From Chiloscyllium plagiosum (Eukaryota), in the NCBI RefSeq assembly GCF_004010195.1, contig NC_057728.1, positions 49,795,476 to 49,859,475 on the forward strand: a stretch of DNA of 64,000 nt, written 5' to 3'. Within the stretch, counting starts at the first letter, position 1; each line of letters begins with the position of its first letter. This document shows, one piece after another, positions 1 through 12,400 of the stretch. The position numbers were made by a program, and so were the translations under genes. The notes beneath the pieces were generated by a model. It was given only the letters and a program-made list of their open reading frames with translations, was not told where the DNA came from and did no database searches.

Positions 1-478
1 AAAAATCCAATTCTAATGAATTTCTGGGGAATAATCCTGTTGGATTATGCGTACTAACGGCCAACTCAGTTCTAGACCCTCCTGCAACAGAATCACCTTC
101 TCTGCTGTATACCTTAATTGCATAGTTTTAAAAGATCTCTATGAGGTTGCCCTTGAGCCCTCCCTTTGTCAAAAGGAACAGGCCCAGCCTATTCAATACT
201 ACTTAATGGGTAGTGTCACATCAGGCAATAGTTCTAAAAGTGTTATTGTTCGAACTGAGCTCTGCTAAGTCGAACATTATTACACAGCCTTTGGGCGGAG
301 AATCTGGCATATGTGTCTAACTCATCCCTTCTCTAAGATTTTACACAGCCTGCATAGGGTTACTGAGATGTGATACCTTCAGCATTGCAGTGATAAGACA
401 GTTCACCAAATTTTATTGAAGCCTTATTGTCATGGACTCATCAGAATAATTTGCAAGAATACCAATTTAAAGGGAAGC

Positions 479-748
479 CAGTGGCTTAGTGGTTAGCACT
501 GATACCTCACAGCACCAGGGACCTGGGTTTGATTCCAACCTCGGGTGACTGTCTGCGTAGAGTTTGCAAGTTCTCCCTGTGTCCACGTGGGTTTTCTTCA
601 GTTTTCCCCCGCAATCCAATGATGTGCAGGTTAGGTGGATTGATCATGGGAAATGAGGGATAGGGAGTTGATGTGGGCGGGATGTGTTTTGGAGGGTCGG
701 TGTGGATGGGCAGAGTAGCCTACTTCCACACTGCGCGGATTCTAAACT
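479..748 (+). mobile_element. HE1-type V-SINE
   Basis: tRNA-derived A and B boxes (tggcttagtggttagc...gggtttgattcc), V-domain, CR1-like tail. Confidence 0.85.
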
Positions 749-806
749 TGATGAGACAACGTGGAAAATGCACCAGTTAATGCTGATTGACACAATGCCA
801 GACTCT

Positions 807-1001
807 AGGCGAAAGTGAGGACTGCAGATGCTGGAGATTAGAGTCAAGATTCAGGTCAGGCAGCATCCGAAGAGCAGGAAAATCGATACTTCAGGCAGGA
901 GTCCTTCATCAGAAAGGGTTCCTGCCCAAAATGTCGATTTTCCTGCTCCTCGGATGCTCCCTGAGCTTCTGTGCTTTTCCAGCACCACTCGAAACTTGAC
1001 G
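807..1001. mobile_element. PLE family A terminal repeats in inverted (hairpin) arrangement
   Basis: - strand copy followed by a + strand copy. 12-bp TSD atgccagactct at 795-806 and 1002-1013. Confidence 0.85.
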
Positions 1002-1673
1002 ATGCCAGACTCTGATTGGTCAAGGGATTGCCCTGAGAACTGAAATGGTGAGTGGCTGTCAATTATTTTATTGGGCTGAAACAGTTGCAGTGTACGCCCA
1101 TTTTTCTGTCTGTAAAGAACAGAGACCTCTGTGTTAATAATATTTAACTTCCAGTATACAGGACTATCTGGGCAAATAATACATTTAGCTTCCAGTGCAC
1201 GTCAAGTGCTTCACATGGCAAGTCCAACCAACAATGTCAAATGTTTTGTCAGTGTCATTCTTTGTGCCCTCAGGATAGAACAGCAAATGTTGTCCAGTTC
1301 AAGAATCACATCTGATGTTAGCCACTGTTGCAAACTGCATCCCATTAACAAAGACTAGAGTCTCTTCTGTGAAGCCTGTTTGCGGTCCATCTTCCACTGC
1401 AGACTCCTGCTCAAGCCCTTCATGGGAGGGAGGGCTCGTAACAGCACAATACCCCCACCAGAAATACTAGTGGTACCCAGATATCACATCCTGTCATGAT
1501 ATAGACTGTCAGAGCAGAATTAAGACATTCAGCCCATTTTGTCTGCCCTACTATTCAATCATGGGTGAATGTTTCTCAATCCCATTCTCATGCCTCCTCC
1601 CTTGATCAGTGACTATGATGAGCCTCTTGTCACTATTACAATCTGGTGAGAGGGCCAATCATTTTGAAACCCT

Positions 1674-2022
1674 GGTAAAAACAAAGACTGCAGATGCTGG
1701 AAACCAGAGTCTAGATTAGAGTGGTGTTGGAAAAGCACAGCAGGTCAGGCAGCATCTGAGGAGCAGGAAAATCGACATTTTGGGCAAAAGCCCTTCATCA
1801 GGAATAGAGGCAGGGTGCCTGCAAAGTGGAGAGATAAATGAGAGGGGGGTGGGGGCGGGGAGAAAGTAGCATAGAGTACAATAGGTGAAGTGTTCCGAGG
1901 CGGAAGATGAGGCGTTCTTCCTCCAGGCATTGGGTGGTGAGGGAGCGGTGATGGAGGAGGCCCAGGACCTGCATGTCCTTGGCAGAGTGGGAGGGGGAGT
2001 TTAAATGTTGGGCCACAGTGTG
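1674..2022 (-). mobile_element. 5'-truncated Neptune-type PLE (GIY-YIG C-terminus plus hammerhead terminal repeat)
   Basis: Encodes QHLNSPSHSAKDMQVLGLL...LEEERLIFRLGTL. 9-bp TSD tgaaaccct at 1665-1673 and 2023-2031. Confidence 0.85.
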
Positions 2023-2504
2023 TGAAACCCTCTCAAGCGCTGCGATACTCTTTAATTATGTTGAAGGCAGGCTGTACACAGGGTACTCCATCAAGAATCC
2101 ACACAATTCTATCCCACTAGATATAAACCTCAGTATTCTGTTTTTTCTCAGATGAATTTGGTTTGTACTTCTTCTTGATTAGATGGTTGAGACTGATCTG
2201 TTCAAGGTGATTAAAATGTTAAAAGGACTCAGTGGTGGTGGGGTAGTGACAGAGAAAGATCAAGGTCTGAAATCTCTCTTCACGGACTGCCTGGAGGCTG
2301 TAGTCTTCTCCTGGTGACAGTGTTCACAGTATTTCACAGTCACAGCAGACAGTTTGCTGACCAGGTGAACAACCCAGAATGACTTACATCTCCGATTACT
2401 CTGCTGTAAGTAACTGATACATCGAAGGCAAGTTAATGGAAATGGAAGAAAGAGCCAAAGGACCAACGCCTTAAACAAATTTATTGTGAGACAGAGCAAC
2501 TGAA

Positions 2505-2880
2505 GAAACACTTTACTTGCATTTATATAGCACCTGTAAAACATCCAACTGTGCTTCACACAAATGACTGTCAAACAAAATTGGATACTGGTTTGTATTA
2601 GGGGATAGTGAGGGAAGTGACCAAAAGATTGATCAAAGGGATAGGCTTTAGGGAGTGTATTGAAGAGAGAGAGCCAGTGAGGTGTAAGGGACAATTCTGG
2701 AGTTTGGTGCCCAGGCCAGTTGAAGGTATGACCCTCAGTGGTGCAGCAGTTAAAGTCAGAGATGATCCAGAGACGGAGTCTGAGCAGTGCAGAGTTTTAA
2801 AGATGGTAGTGCTGAAGACACTCCAGTGTAATGGACAGTCAGTGTTGCAGAAAGTTTGAAACATGACTAGCATTTTAGAA
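2505..2880 (-). mobile_element. L2-like LINE 3' fragment
   Basis: Reverse complement of the L2-type tail (gtgctatataaatgcaagt) with degenerate upstream C-terminal coding sequence. Confidence 0.55.
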
Positions 2881-3239
2881 ACAGCAGCTTAACTGATTTG
2901 TATAAAGTGGCTCCTAAATAATAGAACAAATGTGAGGGTAAATGATAGAACAAAATTTCAAAATGATTGTTACCCTGGAGAGTGGAGACACTTGCACTGC
3001 AGGAAAACATGGGGATAAAGTGTTTCAAGCAATCCAAAGTCAAGGCTGTGCTGGGAACACTCAGACTGAAAAACAACCAATTTATTGATCATTTGCATTG
3101 TGTTCCTGATCGTTACGGTATGTAACTGACCAGCCTATCATCAAACAAGTGACAGAATGATGTAGTTCGCGGTGAGCCGAAGAAAGCAATCTCACCCAAA
3201 TGGCAGCTTCTTCGATGAGATTCCCATCCAGAGACATTC

Positions 3240-4243
3240 AGATCACAATCAGGATGGACACTCTTAGTATATGGGCTGAAGGAGCACTACCCTGAGGGAG
3301 CATCACCCTCAGAGAGTGCCACCCTGAGGGAGCACTGCACTCAGGGAGTATCACCCTGAGGGAATACCGCCCTGAGGGAGCGCTACCATGAGGGAATACC
3401 GCCCTAAGGAATACTACTCAGAGCAGAGCTGACTGAGGGAGCTCTGCATTCATGAAGCATCACCCAGAGGGAGCACCACACTGAGGGAGCACCGCACTGA
3501 GGGAGCACCGCATGGATGAAGCATTACCCTGAGGGAGAGCTGCACTGAGGAAGCTCTGAACTGAGGGAATGCCACACTGAGGGAGCATCACTCTGAGGGA
3601 GCACTGCACTGAATGACACCAACACTGGGTGAGCCCCACCCTGAGGGAGCACCGCATTAGGGGAGCACTGCCCTGAGGGAGCACTGCATTGAGGGAGCAT
3701 CACACTGAGGGAGCCCCGCACTGAGGGAATGCTACCCTGATGGAGCGCCGCATTGAGACAGCCCTGCGAAGGGAGAGCCCACGCTGAGGGACTGCCACAC
3801 TGAGGGAGCCCCGCACTGAAGTAGAGCCGCACTGAGGGAGCCCCATGCTGAGGGAGAGCCATACTGAGGGAGCTCTGAGCGGAGGGAGCACCGCACTGAG
3901 GGAGCCCCACACTGTGGGAGTGCCCTGCCCAGGGAGTACTACACTGAGCGAGTTCCATGCTGAGACATTAAACTGCTGCCCGATGCAGTGGAGATTAAGC
4001 CTCCCATAGCACTATTTAAAAGACATGTAGGGCAGGTTTCCCATGTCCTGACAGACATTTTTCCCTGAAGCCCAACACAAAAAAAACATGATTGGGTCAA
4101 TGTCCCCTTGCTGTGCTCAAATTGGCAGCTGCATTTCCTGATTACAATCTGACTACACTTTAAAAATCTTCAGTCTGTAAAGTGTTTTTTTGAATATCCT
4201 GATGTGGTGTGAGGTGCTATATAAATGCAAGTTCTTTCTTTCA
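3240..4243 (+). mobile_element. SacSINE1/Deu-domain-like SINE containing an expanded minisatellite
   Basis: Deu-like core (gcactattt...tgtcctg...ttgctgtgctcaaattggcagctgcatttcct) and L2-like tail gtgctatataaatgcaagttctttc. Confidence 0.7.
3276..3965 (+). repeat. 16-bp minisatellite, about 43 degenerate units (consensus ctgagggagcaccgca)
   Basis: Direct 16-nt periodicity, e.g. 3481-3510. Confidence 0.95.
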
Positions 4244-4733
4244 TTCAGGCCCATTATAGCAATAAGTTGGGGTGATTCGGTTACAGTGGAAACCATCAGA
4301 GTCTGCACTCAGTATCCGGGACTGACTATCCCCAACATGGTGCAGGAGCAAACCAGCATGTAACAAGCTGAAGGTGTCTAAGTTAACGTCTCGTAGATTC
4401 AGTGTTAGGACCATAGAATCAGGAGGAGGACAGTCAGCCCCTTTTTTGAGTTTGTTCTGTCAGATGACAACTGATCTGTGACCTAACTCTACCCACCCAT
4501 CTTGATTCCATATTTCTTTGTCGCCTTGACTTAGAAAAACAAGCTGTTTTAAAATAAACAGAGCTAACATCTACTGCCTCTTGTGGGAAGGCATCACATG
4601 ATCCTACCACTTGTTGCATGAAACATCATTTGCTAATTTTACTCCTGTGCGGCCCAGCTCAGATTTTCCTAGATTGCCTAACTGGAGGAATAAGATTCAC
4701 GCCATGAACAGCACGCATTCACCAATGACCTAC

Positions 4734-4843
4734 CTCAGTGTAACCATATCGAGGCCCTGGGAGTGGCAGTGTCGGATATCCAAATGGAGGGATCGCCATG
4801 GAACTAATGTAATCAGGGGCACTGAGTGTCCGCTGCACCCGGT
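4734..4843 (-). CDS. PKP2: Plakophilin-2, second coding exon (110 nt; (D)RVQRTLSAPDYISSMAIPPFGYPTLPLPGPRYGYTE)
   Basis: ttgtatttgtAG acceptor and GAG|GTAGGT donor. Phase 1 in and phase 0 out fits exon 1. RVQRTLSAPDYI resembles the PKP2 exon-2 motif NLHRTSSVPEYV. Exon 3 was not found in the window. Confidence 0.82.
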
Positions 4844-5689
4844 CTACAAATACAATGGTGCAATTAGCAAATCTGTTCAATCTATCACATAGAATGACCA
4901 CACACACACACCTCAATGCAAGCAAAAGAAACACCATTCTGGGATTCAACCTATGCAACGGGAGAGAGAGAGCCAGTGACTTGTTACAACATCCCAAGTC
5001 ACCTCAAGGGAGTGATTATCATGAAAAATTGAACAACGAGACACATAAGTAGACCATATGACAGGAAACTCAACTGCTATTTAAAGATGTTTTTTGTAGG
5101 TAGGAGTGTCTGAAAGAAGGCGAGATGGAAAGAGGGGTTTATGGAGATAATTCTAGAGCACAGGGATCGGGAAACCAATGGAACGGTGACCAGTGGTGGG
5201 AAGGTGAAAACTGGGGTAAGCAAGAGGCCAGAATGGAGGAGCAGAGAGATCTCAGAGGTTCATGGGCTGGTGGAGGGGCAAGAACATAAAGGGTTCATTC
5301 CAAGGTGCAGTTCCTACTCTTTCAGTGCATTCCTTACAATGCTACCCTGGTTGCCCTTCTTCACAGAAATTATTTTTAACACATTTGCTAACATTCCCAC
5401 TCAGAAGGACATTGCTTCAAACACCGTTCTGGAGAATTTTCAACAATGACATTTTTGCCCATTACTAGGGCTGCACAGTCAGAGGTGGTGTGTTTTGATT
5501 GTGGGAAACATAGAGGCTAATCTGCAGGATCCCGTAAGCAGTGATGTGATAAATGATGGGATCACTTGCTTCTGCTGTTGTTACAGGGATAACTGTTGAT
5601 GAGTTCACTAGCTGAACTCCCCTGGCCTTCTGCAAAATCATGCCAAGCGATCTTCTATGACCACCTTCCAGGACTGGTTGACAACTGAG

Positions 5690-6135
5690 TTCTGGCCATT
5701 CCGCTATGAAAAGAGGCTAAATAGGCTGTGTTTGTTTTCCTTATTGCAGAGAAGGCTGAGGTGGGGGAACTGACTGAGGTATACAAACCTGGAAGGTCAT
5801 AGGTTGTGTGGCTAAGGAAAAGGTTTTCCCCTTATTAGGGGGACTAATAGTCGGCATAGATTTAAGATAAAGGGGGTTTCGAGGAGATTAACAGAAGACT
5901 TATTTAACTCAGAGAGTCACGGGGGCTGGAACTCACTGCTTGAAAGAGTGTTGGAGGCAGGAACCATCACAATATTGAAGAAATAATTAGATGAATACTG
6001 CAAGTGCATTAGCATTCAAGGCCATAGGCCAAGTGCTGGAAAATGGAAACTTAGCAAATAGGTGCTTGATAATGAGTATCACCATGATAGATTGAACAGC
6101 CTCTTTCACTGCTGTAAAACTCCATGAGATCTATA
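5690..6135 (+). mobile_element. Old CR1 3' fragment
   Basis: Degenerate RLNRLCLFSL..RRLR motif and CR1 3' UTR. Confidence 0.75.
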
Positions 6136-6200
6136 TTCAGCTCTCTGAACCACACTTTCTAATTCAATGGTTAAAGAACTTGAGTTTTCTGAAGGAGTGC

Positions 6201-6490
6201 TGGCTGAGTGGTTAGCACTGCTGTCTCACAGCGCCAGGGACCCGGGTTCGATTCCCACCTCGGGCGACTGTCTGTGTGGAGTTTGCGCATTCTCCCTGCG
6301 TCTGTGTGGGTTTCCTCCCACAATCCAAAAATGAGCAGGCCAGGTGAATTGGCCATAGTGATAGGTGCATTAGTCAGGGGTGGATATAGGTTAGATGAGT
6401 GGGTCTAGGTGGGTTGCTCTTCAGAGGGTCGGTGTGGACTTGTTGGGCCGAAGGGCTTGTTGCCATACTGTAGGGAATCTAATCTGTCTA
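6201..6490 (+). mobile_element. HE1-type V-SINE
   Basis: A and B boxes, V-domain, tail cttgttgggccgaaggg...ctgtagggaatctaatct. Confidence 0.9.
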
Positions 6491-7689
6491 ATGAAGAGGA
6501 TTGATGAGGGTGGAGTGGTGGATGTGATCTATATGGACTTTAGTAAGGCGTTTGGCAAGGTTCCTCATGGTAGACTAGTTAGCAAGGTTCGATCACGTGG
6601 AATCCAGGAAGAACTAGCCATTTGGATACAGAATTGGCTCAAAGGTAGAAGACAGAGGGTGGTAGCAGAGGGTTGCCTTTCAGACTGGAGGCCTGTGACC
6701 AGTGGTGTGCCACAAGAATTGGTGCTGGGTCCACTGCTTTTCATCATTTATATAAATAATTTGCATCTGAACATAGGAGGTATAGTTAGTAAGTTTGCAG
6801 TTGACAACAAAATTGGAGGTGTAGTGGACAGGTGAAGAAAGTTACCTCAGAGTACAACGAGATCTTGATCAAATGGGCCAATGGGCTGAGGAGTGGCAGA
6901 TGGAGTTTAATTTAGATAAATGTGAGGTGTTGCACTTTGGAAAGGCAAATCAGGACATAACTCATACTCTTAACATCCTGAAGGGGTGTTGCTGAACAAA
7001 GAGACCTTGGAGTGTAGGTTCATAATTCTTTGAAAGTGGAGTCACAGGTAGATAGGATAGTGAAGAAGGCGTTTGGTATGCTTTCCTTTATTGGTCAGAG
7101 CATTGAGTAGAGGAGTTGGGAGGTCATTTTGCAGCTGTACGGGATGTTAGTTCAGCTACTTTTGGAATATTGTGTGCAATTCTGGTCTCCTTCTTATAGG
7201 AAGGATGTTGTGAAACTTGAAAGGGTTCAGCAAAGATTTACAAGCATGTTGCCAGGGTTGGAGTGTTTGAGCTATAGGGACAGGCTGAATAGGCTGGGGC
7301 TGTTATCCCTGGAGGCTGAGTGGTGATCTTTTAGAGGTTTATAAAATCATGAAGGGAATGGATAGTGTAAATAGACAATGTGGGTTGGGAGGACTAGAGG
7401 GCATAAGTTTACAGTGAGAGGGGAAAGATTGAAAAGGGACCGTAAGGGGCAACTTTTTCACACAGAGGATGGTGTGTGTATGGAAATGAGCTGCCAGAGG
7501 AAGTGGTGGAGGCTGGTACAATTACAACATTTAAAAGGCATCTGGATGGGTATATGAATAGGAAGGGTTTAGAGGAATATGGGCCGAATACTGACAAATT
7601 GGACTAGATTCATTTAGGATATCTAGTCGGCATGGCTGAGTTGGACAGAAGGGTCTGGTTTAGTGCTGTACATCTCTATGACTCTATAA
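6491..7689 (+). mobile_element. 5'-truncated HER1/CR1 LINE (RT to 3' end)
   Basis: VDVIYMDFSKAFGKVPH, SGVPQ..VLGPLLF, SKFAVDNKIG, YCVQFWSP motifs with stops and frameshifts. Ends catctctatgactctata. Confidence 0.95.
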
Positions 7690-8265
7690 CTGGGGAGTAC
7701 TAATGTTTTTGGATTAGTGAGCCAGACGACCAGGCTAATGCCCTGGACACATTCAAATCTCACCATGACAACTGGTAAAGTTTGATATTAGAATCTCATC
7801 CAAGTAGTGGTGACCATGTCAACTATCATTGGTCAGAGAGTCATAGAGATATACAGCATGGAAACAGACCCTTCGGTCCAACCCATCCCAACCCAATCTA
7901 GTCCCATCTGCCAGCACCCGGCCCATACCCCTCCAAATTCTTCCTATTCATATACCCATCCAAATGCTTCTTAAACATTTCAATTGTACCAGCCTCCACC
8001 ACTTCCTCTGGCAGCTCATTCCATACACGTACCACCCTCTGTGTGAAAAAGTTGCCTTTCCTTTTAGGAAAAGTCCATCTGCTAATCTGATATCCTTATC
8101 TAGTCTGGTCTCCATGTGACTCCTGACCTACAACAATGTGGCTGACTCCTAACTGCTCTTTGAAATGGTCTTAGCACACCACTCAGTTGAAGGGTACTTG
8201 GGGGATGGTAACAAATAGCTGGCCTTGCCAGTCACATTCACATCCCATCAAAGAATTTTTAAAAC
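7690..8265 (+). mobile_element. tRNA-derived SINE family B, split by a - strand CR1 3' fragment (about 7835-8060)
   Basis: Conserved body (tgtgactcc.gacc.acaacaatgtgg.tgactc.taactgc) and tail cacatcccat.aa.gaat. Confidence 0.65.
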
Positions 8266-10159
8266 CATCCAATGCATCAAAACTGACAAAAACTGAATCT
8301 TATGCAAAAACAGAGAAAAATCTCAAAATGCCGAAAGGTATGTTAATATTAACCTAAACATCTGTGTGGTGGCAAAGATAGTTAAAGATTGCAGTTAAAG
8401 ATGGAATTACCTGCTTTTATTTAGAGACGCTGTGGGAGGGAGACCTGCTCCCTGATTTTTATCTGCAGGCAGGAGCTAATCCCTCCAAAATTCCTCCCTG
8501 ATTTGCTTGTTCGTACTAAAGACGTTAATCCGCCAATAACGCAAAATAAATTTCAGACAAATGCATCAATATTTAATTGAGCTATTCAGGGTTTCCATCT
8601 GGTGGGTTCAACTGGAGATTGAAAGTTTGGTAGGATAACCCTGAACTGGCTTCTTAATGGAGCCAGACTGATAAAGAGAGCCCGCAACTGCATAGGGAGG
8701 CATGGATTCGAGATGGAATGGGATTGATGAGTGATGAGACTGCAATGTAAAATGCAGGCACTGACACATGCAATTAACATGCAGCACAACAGGAGCTGCT
8801 GTAATGATTGTTATTAGCAACTGTTTGGAGCTAATTTATCACTGCATTAAATGATGGCATCTCTGACTTGCAACTACCACTCTTCTTTAATTATCACTAG
8901 TTCAGAATCCAGGAACTCCGTCCCTCCTCACGTTGTGAGGCTTCTACATCGCATGGACTGCAGCGGTTTCAGAAAGTAGCCCAGCACCACCTTCTCAAGG
9001 CCAGAGATGGGCGACATAGAATGTTACAGCCCAGTACAGGCCCATTGGCCTTCGATGTTACGCCGACCTGTGAAAATAATCTGATGCCCATCTAACCTAT
9101 ACCATTCCACTATTATCCTTATGTCCAATGTTCATTTAAATGCACTTAATGTCGGCGAGTCTACTACTGTTGCAGGCAGGCCTTTCCACGCCCTACTACT
9201 CTCGGAGTGAAGGAATGACTCCTAAATCTATCACCCCTCAATTTAAAGCTATGTCCTCTCATCTTAGCCTTCACCATCCGAGGAAAAACGCCCTCGCTGT
9301 CCACCCTATCTAACCCACGGATTATCTTATACGTTCTTGATTAAGTCACCTTTCAACTTTCTTTTCTCTAACAAAAACAGCCTCAGTTCCCTCAGCCTTT
9401 CCTTGTAAGACCTTCTTTCCGTACCAGGCAACATCCTAGTAAATCTGCTCCGAACCCTTTCAAAGCTTCCACATCCCTCTATAATGCGGTGACCAGAATT
9501 GCATGCAATACTCCAGGTGCATCTTATACAGCTGAAGCATGACCTCGTGGCTCCGAAACTTAATCCCCCTGTCAATAAACGCCAACACACCACATGCCTT
9601 CTTAACAACCCTATCAACCTAGGTGGCAACTTTCAGGGATTTATGCATTTGGACACCGAGATCTCTGGTCTTATCTATATCCAAATCTTCCAAAATTGCT
9701 GAAACCTCCTGTTTGTCAACCTCAATCCCATTTAATCTTGTAGCCTATATCTCCGTATTCTCACTAATATTGCCCTTTTCCAATGTGAATAGTGATGAAA
9801 AGTATTAATTAAGCATTTCCCCATGTCCTCAGCTTCCATACACAACTTCCCACTACTATCTTTGATTGGCTCTGATCTTACTCTAGCCATTCTTGTATTC
9901 CTGATATATCTATAGAAAGTCTTAGGGTTTTCCTTGATCCTATCCACCAAAAACTTCTCATGTCCCCTCCTGGCTCTTCTTAGCCCTCTCTTTAGATCTT
10001 TTCTGGCTAACTTATAACTCTCAAATCCCTGAACTAAGCCTTCATGCCTCATCCTCATAAAAGCCTCCTTCTTCCTCTTGACAAGAGCTTCAACTTCTTT
10101 AGTAAACCCATGGCTCCTTCTCTCAACAATTACCTCCCTGCCTGATATACTTATCAAGG

Positions 10160-11319
10160 GGGTCAGGCAGCATCCAAGGAGCAGGAACATCGGTGCCATG
10201 TCGTGCTCTCACGAGGAGGTTGAGCAGTTCATCAACTGCACCAACACATTCCACCCCGACCTTAAATTCACCTGGACCAACTCTGACACCTCCATCCCCT
10301 TCCTGGACCTCTCCACCTCCATTAATGACGACCGACTTGACACTGACATGTTTTACAAACCCACCGACTCCCACAGCTCCTTGGATTACACCACTTCCCA
10401 CCCTACCTCCTGCAAAAATGCCATCCCGTATTCCCAATTCCTCTGTCTCTGTCGTATCTGCTCCCAGGAGGACCAGTTCCACCACTGAACACACCAGATG
10501 GCCTCCTTCTTTAGAGATTGCAATTTCCCTTCCCACGTGGTTGAAGTTGCCCTCCAACGCATCTCATCCACATCCCGCACCTCCGCCCTCAATCCCCACC
10601 CCTCTAACCGTCACAAGAACAGAACATCCCTGGTCTTCACTTTCCACCCTACCAACCTTCGCATTAACCGCATCATCCACCGACATTTCCGCCACCTACA
10701 AACGGACCCCACTACCAGAGATATATTTCCGTCCCCACCCATTTCCCCTTTCTGCAAAGACCATTCCCTCCGTGACTACCTGGTCAGGTCCACACCCCTC
10801 AACAACCCACCCTCCCATCCTGGCACCTTCCCCTGCCACCGCAGGAACTGTAAAACCTGCGCCCACACCTCCTCCCTCACCTCCATCCAAGGCCCCGAAG
10901 GAGCCTTCCACATCCATCAAAGTTTCACCTGCACATCCACCAATGTCATTTATTGTATCCATTGCTCCCAATGCAGTCTCCTCTACACTGGGGAGACTGG
11001 ACCCCTCCTAGCAGAGCACTTTAGGGAATATCTCTGGGATACCCGCACCAATCAACCCCAACATTTCAACTGTCCCTCTCACTCTGCCGAGGACATGGAG
11101 GTCCTGGGCCTCCTTCACCACTGCTCGCTCACCACCAGATGCCTAGAGGAAGAACGCCTCATCTTCTTGGAGGCTCCCTGCCTGTATTCCTGATGAAGGG
11201 CTTTTGCCTGAAACGTCAATTTTCCTGCTCCTCGGATGCTGCGTGACCTGCTGTGCTTTTCCAGCACCACTCTAATCTAAACTCTAGTTTCCAGCATCTG
11301 CAGTCCTCACTTTTGCCTG
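10160..11319 (+). mobile_element. Neptune-type PLE, 5'-truncated with short inverted 5' repeat: RT C-terminus, Cys-rich linker, GIY-YIG endonuclease, hammerhead repeat
   Basis: FHPDLKFT..IPFLDL..FYKPTDSH..SHP..CK.AIPYSQ, CHRRNCKTC, FTCTSTNVIYCIHCSQCSLLYTGETG. TSD ta(c/t)ttatcaagg at 10148-10159 and 11320-11331. Confidence 0.93.
11190..11217 (+). ncRNA. Minimal hammerhead ribozyme core, family A
   Basis: CTGATGA-AGGGC-TTTT-GCCT-GAAA-CGTC. Confidence 0.7.
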
Positions 11320-12119
11320 TATTTATCAAGGACCCGCAGTAGCTGTTCCTTGAATAAGCTCCACATTTCAAGTACGTCCATCCCGTGCAGTTTCCTTCCC
11401 CACCCGAAGCATCCTAAATCTTGCCTAATCGCATCATAATTGCCTTTGCCTGAGTTATAACTCCTTCCCTTCGGTAAACATAACCGAATTATGGTCGCTA
11501 TCACCTACCACCTCATCTAACACCTGGCCGGGCTCATTACCCAGTACCAAATCCAATATGGCATTGCCCCTTGTTGGCCTGTCTACATACTGTGTCAGAA
11601 AACCCTCCTGCACACACTGAACAAAACTGACCCATCTAAACTACTTGAACTATAGTATTCCTAATCAATATTGGGGAAGTTAAAATTCCCCATAACAACT
11701 ACGCTATTACTCTCGCTCCTATCAAGAATCATCTTTGCTATCCTTTCCTCTACATCCCTGGAACAATTCAGAGGCCTATAGAAAACTCCCAACAGGGTGA
11801 CCTCTCCTTTTCCTGTTTCTAACCTCAGCCCAAACTACCTCAATGGATGTGTCCTCAAATATTCTCTCAGCTGCTGTAACACTACCCTTGACTAACAATG
11901 CCATACCACCTCCTCTTTTACCATCTTCTCTGTTCTTACTGAAACATCTAAATCCCGGAATCTGCAACATCCATTCCTGTCCCTCCTCTAGGCATGTCTC
12001 TGAAATGGTCACAATATCGAGTGGTGTCATGGCCAGCAATATCTGCATAACATCAAAAAACAAATGAAAATAGTTGTTTGGTCATACAGAACTTGAGTAT
12101 TGTTTTAAAAAAATGACCC

Positions 12120-12400
12120 ATTTTACCAAAGCTTTTCATTTTGCACTCATCAGGACAATTCACAAGAATACCAACTTAAAGGGAAACAACTGTATGAGAG
12201 GAGAGTGCTGATTGGTTGGCAAGTGTGCTCTGATTGGCAGAGGTGTTGCTAGAGATAAATGATGTTAATGATGATTGACAGTTAACTGTCAGGATTTGTT
12301 TACCTTTTAATGGAGATGGATTGACTCTAATTGGTCTTAGCATTGCCCAGAGAAATGAATCAGTGAATGGATGTCATCTCCTTTCTTGAGTTTAATATGG
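12120..12400 (-). mobile_element. Old PLE-like terminal repeat, family D, with near-intact hammerhead core at 12128-12153
   Basis: - strand reads ttgtc-CTGATGA-GTGCAAAAT-GAAA-AGCTT-T-ggtaa. Confidence 0.6.

Larger units (their letters stand above)
410..1085 (-). mobile_element. Old PLE-like terminal repeat, hammerhead family D, interrupted by an HE1 SINE and a family A insertion
   Basis: Colinear with 12120-12400 (ctcatcag..aat..caagaataccaa.ttaaaggga; gactct.attggtc...attgccc). Degenerate CTGATGA-GTCCATGAC core on the - strand. Confidence 0.55.
9014..12030 (-). mobile_element. Internally deleted CR1 LINE (APE domain to 3' end) interrupted by a PLE
   Basis: DIVTISETCL, GGGMALLVK (APE) at 11776-12063, IKENPKTFYRYI at about 9900, RT C-terminus and 3' UTR at 9014-9650. 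Confidence 0.92.

Noticed and set aside
3460..3958. Repetitive ORFs (LPQCGAPS..)
   Set aside because: Translations of the 16-bp minisatellite. The unit is not a multiple of 3 and there is no splice context.
3276..3965. CRISPR-like array
   Set aside because: No unique spacers, repeats are contiguous and degenerate, and the context is eukaryotic.
8408..8520. Extra PKP2 exon ending at a CAG|GTAATT donor (also a donor-like site near 2385)
   Set aside because: No plakophilin-like peptide, and exons 1 and 2 already join in frame.
10193..11011. 272-aa Pro/Ser/Thr-rich mucin-like ORF
   Set aside because: Alternative frame of the C-rich PLE RT/EN sequence.
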